From positions 1,426,001 to 1,490,000 of the forward strand of contig NW_027271251.1 in assembly GCF_040938485.1 (NCBI RefSeq): 64,000 bases of DNA, in the 5' to 3' direction. The notes under the pieces were generated by a model, which did no database searches, had not been told where the DNA came from, and saw nothing but the letters and a program-made list of their open reading frames with translations. This DNA is from Diadema antillarum. Its lineage: Eukaryota. Position 1 is the first letter of the stretch. Every line of letters starts with the position of its first letter. A program made the translations under genes and the position numbers. This document shows positions 27,601-38,805 of the stretch, piece by piece.

Positions 27601-29594
27601 CATATCTACTTGAGAAGTGCGATAAGAAGTTTCTCCCTTTCCTCTCATCCCTTTCTCCTTCCCCTTTCTCTGTGCTTTACCAAGCAAATCGTCCTCTCTC
27701 GTGTTTGTGCCTGGAATGGTATTGCTGAAAAACCTGTGAAGGCCTTAGCCTACCATAAATAAAAGGACGATACACTCTGTCTGTACTAGCACTATGGCCA
27801 TAGGATGCGCATAAAGTCGGGAACAAACTTTGTGGATTAGCCGAGGAGGCCATTCATATCCACAGACCCTGGTATGCAAGGCATGTAGTGCGATTTGGAA
27901 GAAAGGGGGTGAGAATCGCGCTTGACTAAACACCAGCTTCAGAGCAACTCTTTTGTGGTAAAAGCTCTTTTATTATCATGCGCAGTAGCCAACGGAGAGG
28001 GATTGTGTGCAAGGCGAGTTCTGCTAAACACGATGAAAACGCCCTTGCGTGCAGAAGTGGACCGCCACCACTGCGTCTGACGGGCGTGGAAGCTGTCGCT
28101 ACCGTCTGAGCCGCTACGAACTTTTTGCACATTTCGCGCAGACCTGCGACTTTCAAGGTGGTTCCGAGCAATAAGGCTCAGCAGTGACAAAGTTAAGGAC
28201 GGACGACAGGGTGCGTGCATGATCGTGTTCAAGTTCGTTCCCATGATATGAGCTCTTGCGGATCTCTCGGACTCCGGAAGACGCGGGTTGCTTTTGTTGT
28301 TTTGTTTTCCGTGGATTGGAGTTACGCGAGCCAACAGCTCAGTTGGTGTTCGAAGGTGTCGGTCTTAGCGGATTCAAACGGAGATAAACATTAGTACCGC
28401 ATCTTCGTGCAAAGGCAAGTTGTAAAACCGTTCACATATTATTTCCGTAGTCTAGTTAGCTCCGGGCATGCAGAACGGAGTTTAAAGTGCAGCTCTATAA
28501 CTTACTTCGAAGCTCTTTTTCTTTACTCGTCATCGGTTATTTACAGCACTGCCACTGGCAGACCCCTGGCTTCACAACGTACTTCTTGTTCAGAGCATAT
28601 TACGCGAGGCCGAGGCGAGCGAACGCGAGGACAAAGGCAGTGCATATTGGGTTGATGCCACAAAGCGCTCACCGAGATTTAAATCCCATCTCTTGTGTGA
28701 GGCTCGCTTACAATAAACAGTATTACCCCACCATCTCATTTTGTACACTGCGCTTTGTGTTGAGAATGGTACGTTCTCGGCGTACCTTGCATGGTTAACG
28801 TAGTGAGTGATAAGGAAGATTCCGTTTTGCGGAGAACAAAAAATAAAATGAAGGATGTAAATGTTCTGTCGTTAAAGTGGACGTGATGTAATGATAAGAT
28901 TATAATACAGTGCAAATATGGCGGCACCCATTTGACAATTGACAAGTTATGCGTTGAGCTTTAATAAATGGTCATGGTTCAGTGTACTTTCATCTTCCAT
29001 TTGTTCACGTAGAACTCCGCGCGTGGACCCCTTAGACTCAAGAGCAAAAGGGGATCATGGTTCGCGTGAATAGCATATTCTCTCCTTGAAGAATTCAGAG
29101 CAGTAAACATGCTACTTTCTAATGGAGATATTTCAGTAACGCTTCATAGAGTTAACGCTTTTTTCTCTCACAGGTGCGGCCCACATTTTTCTTTTTCTGA
29201 AATAACTTTACATAAGGAAGAGGACAAAAAATCGCTAGGCTCCAAGATGACGCAATGACGTACAAAGATGGCATTAAGTTATGCCATTCTTCATCAGTGT
29301 TTACTACTTAGAACCCCCAATGAATGAAACCGAAATCCCTATAATGATTGCGCCCTCTTCCCCTCTCTAATCCGCTTAATGTTATAATGCCAATAATTGG
29401 GAAATGCAAAAATAGATGATTGTTGTTGTGCAGCAAGGCGCATAGCAAGTTAAGTGTTTTCGCTTTGGTTATTGTTTTCCTCTCAAAAAGTCGTCAATAT
29501 GGAGGTTTTAGCTGTCATGGCTCAAATTACTTCGCTTTTAAATAAGGGCGGGTCACCCGTCTCTCCTTATAGAAAAAAAAAGCAGCAACCCCCA

Positions 29595-29612
29595 CACACT
29601 CACACACTCACA

Positions 29613-29647
<35 letters not shown>

Positions 29648-29664
29648 CAAAAAAAAAAAAAAAA
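29595..29664. repeat. (CA)n microsatellite followed by a poly(A) run
   Basis: Read directly from the sequence. Confidence 0.85.
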
Positions 29665-32147
29665 ACACTAGTCACAATCATGTACTAGTATTCACGGGGA
29701 TCATGTATCATGTTATGACTAAGTATCAGACCTTGCTGCTGTTCGTAACACAAGTAGTCATGAGTTATTTTTGTTCCTTTTTTTTTCTCATCAGTTGCAA
29801 GTGCAAGACGTGGGACACAATGGTGTGGGAATAATTTTTGTCTTGTTTACGCGTAGTTGCCATGGGACAATGATGACATTGACCCATGCACTGGCCACAG
29901 CTGTACGAACGGCCATACTTTTATAGTGATGGCTTCTGTACTCATATTAATTATATTAACCCCATCAACCTTCGGGATTTTACTGCAGCTTTCGTGTAAA
30001 GATGAGTATTATAATATTGAATGAACAACGGTATGAAATGCTGGATGGAATAGTTTAGGTGCAAAAAAGTAAGAACGACATTCTTTTTTTTTTGGTTAAT
30101 CGCTTCTTATGGAATCATACGGCAAAATGTTTATGGAAAACGGGAGATCATGCGTATCGACCAGACGATGCGAGGTCGTCTGAACCGCCGCAATATTAGG
30201 AGTTAAGATATCATTGCGTGTTTTCATTCCTATTACAATGTACTATCATTTCAAGGCATAATTTTTAAAATCATTCATTCATCATTCCTTTGCCTTGCGA
30301 TTTGATTTAAGAACGGGATTTCACCGGAGGACAACTTTTACAGGCTGTAATGATCGAATCTGTCGTCTCTGCGTGGAAGACATACAGTCGATAGTGAAAC
30401 CATATAGGACATGGAGACTACCAGTATCAAGCATGTTAAGCGAATTACCGATCCTAACACATTTGTATGGTTATTTGCAGTATTTTTAGCGTCAAGGGAC
30501 AACGAAGATATTGCGTAACACACAGACTGTATTTGATACAACGGCACTGTATGTATGATATAGTCCAATCAAAATAATGTATGCAAGTGAGAGCAGATAT
30601 TGAATTGAATAATTACGATTGTTCAGCATAAGACGTTGTGATGACCGGCAATTCTAAATGAGTCCCTGCAATGGTCAGGATAACTGTAATGTTATCAGCG
30701 TTATACTCAGCTTTGTTGAAGGAATTTTCATCGCACCTTGATTAATATTCATCGGGATACCTCAAAGGCAAAGGAGCTAAGACACCATTAAAACCAAGCA
30801 ATGTTTTTGTTTATAATTTGTGCAAATAGTTTCCTTGAAACCCCCCCCCCACAAAACTTCACATTTGAGTTATGCGGGAAGATGATCAACAGAAGTGTGC
30901 GACATCCTTCTCCCATTTAAATTATCAAATTCACCTTGTACTGGTGTATGTAAAACTGAGGAAATGTGCAGCAATTCAAGTTTTGAGTGTATTCAAATGT
31001 CAAAGTCGCTCTTTATTTCGATTTGGTGAGTACTTTGCTTCGCTCAATAAATAAATCCTTCGATGTTTGGAGTATTAGGTAAACACTCAACGCAAACGCA
31101 AACTCCCAAACCCCCGTCACCGATGTTAGTCGCATAAAAGTTATGTCGAGGCACACTCAAGTACTATTATAGTATATCACCTACGTTATATAAAGAGATC
31201 GAGATCTGCTTTCGAATAAACTTGCGACGGTCGTATACGTTTTATAGCTCGAAAGAATTTTATTTTTGAAAGAGATGAAGAGAATTTTTGCGCTGAACAT
31301 TATCGAGTCACCACTGGATATCACGTGGAGGAATATCAGCCCTGAAGATAGCGCACGCAGTCACCCCTTTATTTAAATGCTTTATTCTATCATCAGTTTT
31401 TTATCGATTTATTTTGTGCTCGCTGCGATTCAATGGCGTCATCGATGCTTGCCGCAGTGGATCAGATCATGAGTTGGATAGACTCCATGAGTGATTACAA
31501 CATCGATGGTTTGTAGTCCTTCAAAAGTTACGTCTTTTATACAAGGGATGTCGTGCACATAGCGGTTGTCCTGCGCAACAGCAGCACATCACAAACGAGG
31601 ACATATACACATTATTTCCTGTTAAATGCATTCATGTAAAATGTGTGCGCCTACAGGCAAGCAGATGCCGCAACCGATACCTCGCTTGATCCACAGACGG
31701 ATAATGATATATGTATGTGTGTTTGTCGTACGTGTGTTTGTCTTTTTTAGAAGTTTTTGAAGCCATGACTCCACCTCTAAACGCCTGCAATAGTTTTGTA
31801 CATGTGTTTAAACTTTATATTGATTGTATTCATACCTGTTATGAATGAGATGAAATACCTTTTAAAAAATAAATGCTTGAATGTAAAGATAGGTTGTAAT
31901 TTTATACTTGTATTCTTAACAATTAGTTACCAGACTGGAGTTCAACACTAACAGGAGGATTTTTCCCCTTCATAAATGTTTCTCGCGTTTATTTAGTTTT
32001 TGGAAGAAGGAGAGAAAAAAAAAAAACCCAACGTACCATAGACTGCATCATCAAGATTTTAGATTTACATGTTCCAACCTCTCCCAGTGTATCTTCAGGA
32101 ACGTTTCATTCCAAGTAAGTTTCTTCTTGTATATCGCTTCTGTTTAG

Positions 32148-32321
32148 GTGCCGGAGCAAGTGCAAGTGGCGGAGTTGGTGTTGGAGCTGGAGGTGGTGTT
32201 GGAGCTGGGGCGGGAGCCGCAGCCAGGGTAGGAGTCGGTGGTGGGGCCGGTGGCGTAGGCAAGGCGCCTCTGGCCATTGACGAGACAGCGCAAGTTCAGC
32301 CAGACCTCGATACTGACGCAA
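32148..32321 (+). CDS. Coding exon 2 (174 nt, phase 1-1), Gly/Ala/Val-rich: GAGASASGGVGVGAGGG...PDLDTDA
   Basis: Acceptor cttctgtttag at 32147 and donor A|gtaagt at 32322. The exon is a GC-rich open frame embedded in AT-rich intron. Confidence 0.85.
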
Positions 32322-35256
32322 GTAAGTCTACATACCAAATGTTTACACGTTACTCTTCCTGAAGGTTTCCTTTCTGATACGCTGTTCTCGAGTTTAATGC
32401 ATAATCATCTGTTCGCAGACTTGACAAGATTGTGGATCAGTTTGTAGATCACGTAGGACATATCTATGGAGATGTGGCTTTAATATGTCTAGTCATGATT
32501 CAACGCCGAGTGAAATGGTATTTATGGCTGCTGCAGACACAAGTGCATGAAAAATATGTGTGATGCACTCTTTTGTCAAGCTTTGTTAGTCGGAACAACT
32601 CTGTGTAGTTTCCTCCTCCTAGACACCTCCCTCAGATAAATAAAGAAATCCTTGGCAGTGACCCGGGCAGCGACTGAAAACTGAAAACATTTGTATCTGT
32701 TAAAATGCTGAAACGGTGCTAAACTGCAGAACTTAACTTTACTGAGGAATTTAAGCAAGGTTTTGATATCTTCTTGCACTTAATGCCTTTAGCTTGTCCT
32801 TATTTTTAAACTGGACTAGTGCATCTTTGTGTGAAGTTTTCTTTTTTTTTTTAATATCAGGATTGCTTCTGGAATACTACTTCAGTGAACAAGAGATCTC
32901 TTCACAGCTAGTCTAAGATAATATATGGTGCTAAAATGTTACCATCTTATCAGAGAATATAAAATGTAATAAGCCAGCAGCCTATAAGACCGATGGCTAA
33001 ATGCTTGCTTTCCACTCGCAATGTAGTATTTAATTTGGAGATCTTTCCCATAACATCTAACATGTCACCAATATAAAAGTCAGATGCACAGATTGTTATT
33101 CCAAAGACATGATTGTAAAGTCCATGTGTATATTGTGACCTGAGAGTTTTGATGTGGTGTCATGGACTCATTTAATACTTGGGTAAACCACAACTCTTTA
33201 TATGAATCATTGCCGTACCCTAGGCTTAAGGTGACACACAATTTAATTTTAAAGGTTTAGATACAACCAGCACTTATTGAAGTTGGACACAAATTTTTAA
33301 AGAATGAGAATGCACTATTTAAAGCATTCTCATTGTTCTGGTTTGAAGCATACTTCATGCACGCTTTCATGTAATTGCATAGATCGACATGAGATGCACA
33401 GATGGACACAAGTGCTTCTGCATGCATAAGAGCACATTTAGCCCCTTGACCAGTGACTAACAATGACAATAAGGGACATTTCATGAAAGGTCAGCTTTCG
33501 CTAGGATGTAGATAGGACCTTTAAGGTCACCCATTTAATTAACAGTCCTGGTACGATTCCCAAGTTCGGAGACATTAAAAAGAAATGTTCAGTTGATAGC
33601 TGTGTGTAGTCTTTAATGGTGAGTGGGTTACATTGATATGAAATTATGACCAGATTTCCCTTTTTCTAGTTCCTTGAAACAAAAATAGAAGTTTGCCACC
33701 AAAACATATTCTATCAGGTGGAATGATACAAGATCCTTATTGATATGACATAATCTCCTGCTGAATCATTTTACCAGAGAAAAATAAATCAAGAGTGAGG
33801 TTATATTTTCTAGAGCAGAAGCCCTTACAGACACAAAAAGATAATTTCTCTTGTATTAGGATATTGTCTTAGGATATCAGATTAGATCAACACTTTTTGA
33901 TATATAAACGGATGAAGTGAATAGTAATTGAATACATAATGAAGATGGGTTTTTTGACTCTTTCCTGATGAGGTCAGCTCCCATTACACCAAGGGGGTGG
34001 GGTTGATAGTGGCTCCAAATCCAGAGTATTGTCAGCATGACAAGTTTCATCCACAGTGATGCATTGGGCATTTTGTGTCCATATTTACCTTGTGTCCATA
34101 TTTACAATGCAAATACTTTGGCAAAAATTTACTACAAAGAATTTCAAAACTATGTGGGAATAGACTGGGGAGGCAAGAGACCAACCCATGCTATGGAATG
34201 TCAGATTGTCTGTGGTCTATTAACTGCCGTCTTTGTGGATGAATCTTGTGAAAGTTAGGGATATCGTAGAAGTAAAAGCTATGAAGCTATTTTATAACTC
34301 CGGGAACATTTTTTTTTAACGTTTTGGTTAATCATGGTGAAGGATTTCTAGCGAGGTACAGCTGGCTAAATACAAATCTAATATCATACTTTTAAATTAC
34401 AGAATATTGTAATATCATAATTCAACAGTGAATGTTGCATGCAAAAAGCTACACCTTTGTAGAATGGAATAATGGAATGATATATTTACAACAAGCTGCA
34501 AATACTAGTAGTTTGTTACCCACCGCCATGACCACACATGAAAAAGTAAAGTGATTGGAATTTATAGAGGAAAATATCTGCATATGAGTTCTGATTTTTT
34601 TCTAAAGTGAAAATGACACACAGTCTGTGTCACTAGAAACTGCTGAAAGTTGTCTCAAAATCAATCTAAAATATATTTTTTTGACAGTCTCAGTAAGGAA
34701 CAACAAAAATCAATATCAATTCTTGTAAACATCGTCATAGTTTTCACTTTAAAATCATTGACTTTGTTAATCTGTCCCCTCAAATCAAAGTAGTGCTTGA
34801 CTGAGCACTTCTAAACCTCACAGCTAATATATGTTCTTTAAAATGCCTATCTGGGAGCCAGCTGTATTACTAATACTGCTGTAGAATCGTGTGGATGAAG
34901 AGAAGAATAATTATGTATCCTAGGACGGCATGAAATATGTTTTAGTTACTTGTGAAGTTATGTTAGGAAGGGTCACATTTGTGGTTTTGTTTTGCTGGTC
35001 CCCAATCCTGGAGATTCATGTCCGGCTCTCACAATACTTGGACGAAGACTTTTCTTTGTTTGTTTGTTCTGTAACACTGTTTATCTCCACTTACAAATGT
35101 TTGAAAGATACTTTATGTTTTGCATCACATAGAATGTTTCATCATTTTCTTGTTACATCCAGCAGGACTCGATTTGCTGAAGATAGGGATCTATTTTGCT
35201 GTAATTTAATGCGACAAAGTAAAACTTGCCTATTTTATTTATTTATTTTTCTGTAG

Positions 35257-35348
35257 GTGCCGGAATGTCAGCAGAGGGGTCAATTGGTGGCGCTTTGCCT
35301 TCAGCTTCTGCCAGCTTTGGATTGCCATCGGCATCGCTCTCCGTCGGG
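35257..35348 (+). CDS. Coding exon 3 (92 nt, phase 1-0): SAGMSAEGSIGGALPSASASFGLPSASLSVG
   Basis: Acceptor tttttctgtag at 35256 and donor GGG|gtaaga at 35349. The LPSAS motifs recur in the giant exon. Confidence 0.8.
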
Positions 35349-36429
35349 GTAAGATTTTCCCAACATGTTTCCCTTGTCAGTCGACTGAAGTTTTGTTGGG
35401 AGGAAATAATTTGCAATTTTGTTACCTTTTTGCTTGAGGGAACAATCCTCTGAGAGTTTTGTTAACTATGGATATTTTCGAAGAGAAATATACTACTCGA
35501 GACCTTGTTTATTAAAGATATGAATTACTGGTTCAGGGTTAATCGCAGCACTGATTTGCAATACAAAATAAAATATTTTGAATTCATTCTGGGGTCCTGC
35601 TCTGAGAAAAGTACTCTGTCAGACAAAGAAAAAATGTGTGTTGGGAAAATGAATGCACACGTAGAGCTAAAGATATGTCCTTTGGCCCCTTCAGTAAGGT
35701 ATTGATGATGAACCTTACCACATTCATCTATTGTAAACTAGAAGTATGGTGGGAGAAAAAAAGAATCCCTGTACTGTTCAATGAATGCATACTTTTTTTT
35801 TCAATATGCTCATTGATATACTAGAAACCACAACCATCAGTGCTGCCTCCTACACCAGTGAAAAAAGGGCATCATGATAGGGTATCTTGTTTTTCACAGA
35901 TAGGTGCATTCATTGGTTATTTGAGTCTAGTTTGGCTTGATGGAGTATTGTTAAATCCTTGAGATTCATCTCGATATATATTTAGTTGATTCCCCTGCTC
36001 TCTACACAGCTGATCTTAAACATTTGTAGAGCTAAGTAGTGCAAAATTGTGCATGCCAATCAGAAATTCAAAGTTCAGAGATATCAAAACATTTTTATGT
36101 ATTAGTATATATGTCAAATATAGGACGGGCAATTTGTTTCTCCACTGATATCAGCTTCTTAGCCTGCTGATATTTTTACATTTAGTGTTGATATGTCTGT
36201 GAGTACACTCAACAGGATCTTCAGCTTTTCAGAAGCCTCCATATCCCTTTTCAAGAATTTGATTTTGTGAGGTCATATGTAATGATATTTATTATACAGC
36301 CCAATTTTGAAAACATCCCACTTCAATCAGGTACCAAAATTCTATGGGCTGATGGTCTGTCTGAGGATACAGGATGTAATTGTAATTCAAATGTGATGTA
36401 CCTTTTGTGTTGTACCTTTTCTGTTGCAG

Positions 36430-38805
36430 GGGGGAGCAGATGCTGATGCAGACCTGTCGGCTGGAGCAGGCATCGGTGTCAGTGGAGATGCTCCATCAGC
36501 CAAAGTTGACCTGGGAGGTGCACAAGATGTTAATGTAAACGTCGGTGCTGCTGTGGATGCCGATGTCAAAGCACCAAAATTGAGTGGTGGAAAAAAGAAG
36601 AAAGGTTCACTGCCACGAGGATTTTTCAAGAAAGGTGGAGATGCCAAAGTAGAAGGGGACATTGATGCCAATGCTTCAGCAGCCCTACCTGATACAAATG
36701 CTGATGTCTCACTTGAATTGGGTGGCAAAGCCAAACCTCGCAAAAGGAAACGGCCAGGATTTTTTGCAAGATTAGGTTTTGGAGGGGACTCATCATCATC
36801 TTCATCTTCATCTTCGTCAAGTGACTCTTCTGATGAGGAGGGTGCAGGGAAGGTCAAAGTCAGAGGGCCTGCACTTTCTGGTGGTATTGGAGGAAATGCC
36901 AGAGGAAGTGGAGGATATTCATTACAAGGACCAGATGTTGGTGCATCAGGAACCATTGATATGCCAGGAGCTGCCACTGGTGGACTTAATGTAAATGCTC
37001 CAGATGTTGACATTGATGCATCCATGAGCAAACCAGAAGCGGATGCTTCCATTGGAATGGGAAAAACAAAGAAACCAAAAGGAGGAAGATTTGGATTCTC
37101 TATGCCAAAGTTTAAGTTTGGTGGCGCAGGTGGAGGAGACATTGACACTGGTGTAAAAGCTGATGTTCCAAGTGCTGATGTCAGAGTCGGTGGGGATAGG
37201 AATATTGCTGGCTCTAAAGATATTGGAGTTGTAGTTCCTGGTGGAGCAGGACAAATTTCAGGAGATGTTGATGTCAAACAAGCACAAGGAGATGCAGACA
37301 TAGGTGGGGATGTGAAGGGAGGGCTAAAATTTGGAGTGAAGCTCCCATCTTTTTCTGCAGACAAACCCAACGTTTCAGGAGATCTAGATTCACATCTACA
37401 AGCAGGCAATATTAATGTCAAAGGAGATATTCCTTCAGGAGGAATTGATGGAGGTATCGATGCAAGTAGCAAATTGCCATCTGCCGATGTTCAGGGGGGA
37501 GATGTAGACATTCCATCAGCTGACATGAAAGGTGGCTTAAAAATTGGGGGAGGAGATGGCGTTGGACTTGATGTGAATGCTCCAAAAGGCAGCATTGGAC
37601 TTGCTGGTGATGCTAACCTTGATGTTGGAGGGAGGGGTGCTGGAGTAGATGTACCCTCAGGAGATCTTGATGGAAGCATATCAGGTGGTGTGAAAATGCC
37701 GTCTGGAGATTTTGACATCAGTGGAGGAATCAAAGCTCCTAAAGGTGACCTTGATTTTGGAAGAGGGGGAGACATTGGAGGTGTAGTAGCCACTGGAGGA
37801 TCTGGAAATGCAAACTTGCCATCAGTAGGTGCAACAGGAGGTATAGGTGCATCAGTTTCAGGCTTGCCTGCAGGTGGAGGTGGAGTTGAGATATCTGGAC
37901 CCAAATTTGGCATTGGTGGTGCTGGAGGAATGGACATGGATATCCCTTCTGGAAAAGTGCAGGGTGATGCTGGTATAGATGTGAAAAGGCCAGATCTGAA
38001 AGGTGAAATTGATTTACCAGATGCCTCTTTACCTTCAGGGGGAGTAAAAGTTGATGCACCAAGTGCTGGTTTTGGAGTTTCTGGTCCTCACGTTGGTGGG
38101 CATGTAAGGCCTGCTGAGGTTGATGTTGATGGAGAGATGGACGTTGATATCAAGCCAAAGAAAAAAAAGAAGCGAGGAGGCTTCAGTTTCAAGTTTCCAA
38201 AGTTCAACTTTAACTTTGGAGGAAGTGGGGATGGAGATGGTGGTGCTGGTGCAAAGATGGATGTTGATGCTGACATGAAAGTTAAGGGCAGAAGTGCTGG
38301 TGATGTTGACATTGGTGTTGCCAAGCCAGAAGTGGATGTTGGTGTAAAAGCTGCAAAACCAAGCATTCATGCTGGAGGTGACATAAGTGGAGGCCTGGCA
38401 GTCGGGGGCCCAGATGCCAGTTTACCAAGTGGAGATGCTGATATTTCTGTGAACAGACCTGACATCGGAGCTGATGGGGAAAAGAAAGGAGGAATTGGCT
38501 TTGGTCTCAAAATGCCAAAGTTCAAAGGTCCTCACTTTGGTGGAGGAGGACATGGCAGTGGTGATATCGATGTGGATGCAAACATCAAAAAACCTGATGT
38601 TGATGTTGAAGGTGATGTCAAGCTTCCCTCTGGTGGCATTGAAGGAGGTGTAGACATAAATGCCAAAGGACCAGATGCTGATCTGTCTTTGGGTGGACCT
38701 GACGTAGACATGTCTGGGGGAGGAGACATCGATGCGAAAGGTAGTGGTAAGAGCAAAGGAGGCTTTGGCTTTGACCTGAAAATGCCCAAGATAAAGGGAC
38801 CCTAA
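36430..38805 (+). CDS. AHNAK-like: Giant exon, 5' segment (791 aa): AHNAK-like low-complexity region plus the first repeat unit, ending at a premature TAA caused by one extra base
   Basis: Acceptor ccttttctgttgcag at 36429 (phase 0). This is the long ORF 36424-38805 of the track. It ends mid-repeat at KMPKIKGP-stop. Confidence 0.9.
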   Translation, partial: GGADADADLSAGAGIGVSGDAPSAKVDLGGAQDVNVNVGAAVDADVKAPKLSGGKKKKGSLPRGFFKKGGDAKVEGDIDANASAALPDTNADVSLELGGKAKPRKRKRPGFFARLGFGGDSSSSSSSSSSSDSSDEEGAGKVKVRGPALSGGIGGNARGSGGYSLQGPDVGASGTIDMPGAATGGLNVNAPDVDIDASMSKPEADASIGMGKTKKPKGGRFGFSMPKFKFGGAGGGDIDTGVKADVPSADVRVGGDRNIAGSKDIGVVVPGGAGQISGDVDVKQAQGDADIGGDVKGGLKFGVKLPSFSADKPNVSGDLDSHLQAGNINVKGDIPSGGIDGGIDASSKLPSADVQGGDVDIPSADMKGGLKIGGGDGVGLDVNAPKGSIGLAGDANLDVGGRGAGVDVPSGDLDGSISGGVKMPSGDFDISGGIKAPKGDLDFGRGGDIGGVVATGGSGNANLPSVGATGGIGASVSGLPAGGGGVEISGPKFGIGGAGGMDMDIPSGKVQGDAGIDVKRPDLKGEIDLPDASLPSGGVKVDAPSAGFGVSGPHVGGHVRPAEVDVDGEMDVDIKPKKKKKRGGFSFKFPKFNFNFGGSGDGDGGAGAKMDVDADMKVKGRSAGDVDIGVAKPEVDVGVKAAKPSIHAGGDISGGLAVGGPDASLPSGDADISVNRPDIGADGEKKGGIGFGLKMPKFKGPHFGGGGHGSGDIDVDANIKKPDVDVEGDVKLPSGGIEGGVDINAKGPDADLSLGGPDVDMSGGGDIDAKGSGKSKGGFGFDLKMPKIKGP

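Noticed and set aside
34357-34866. Possible Tc1/mariner MITE (TA + CAGCTGGCT inverted ends)
   Set aside because: Only 11 bp match including the TA. Several such pairs are expected by chance in 64 kb, and the ends diverge immediately inward.
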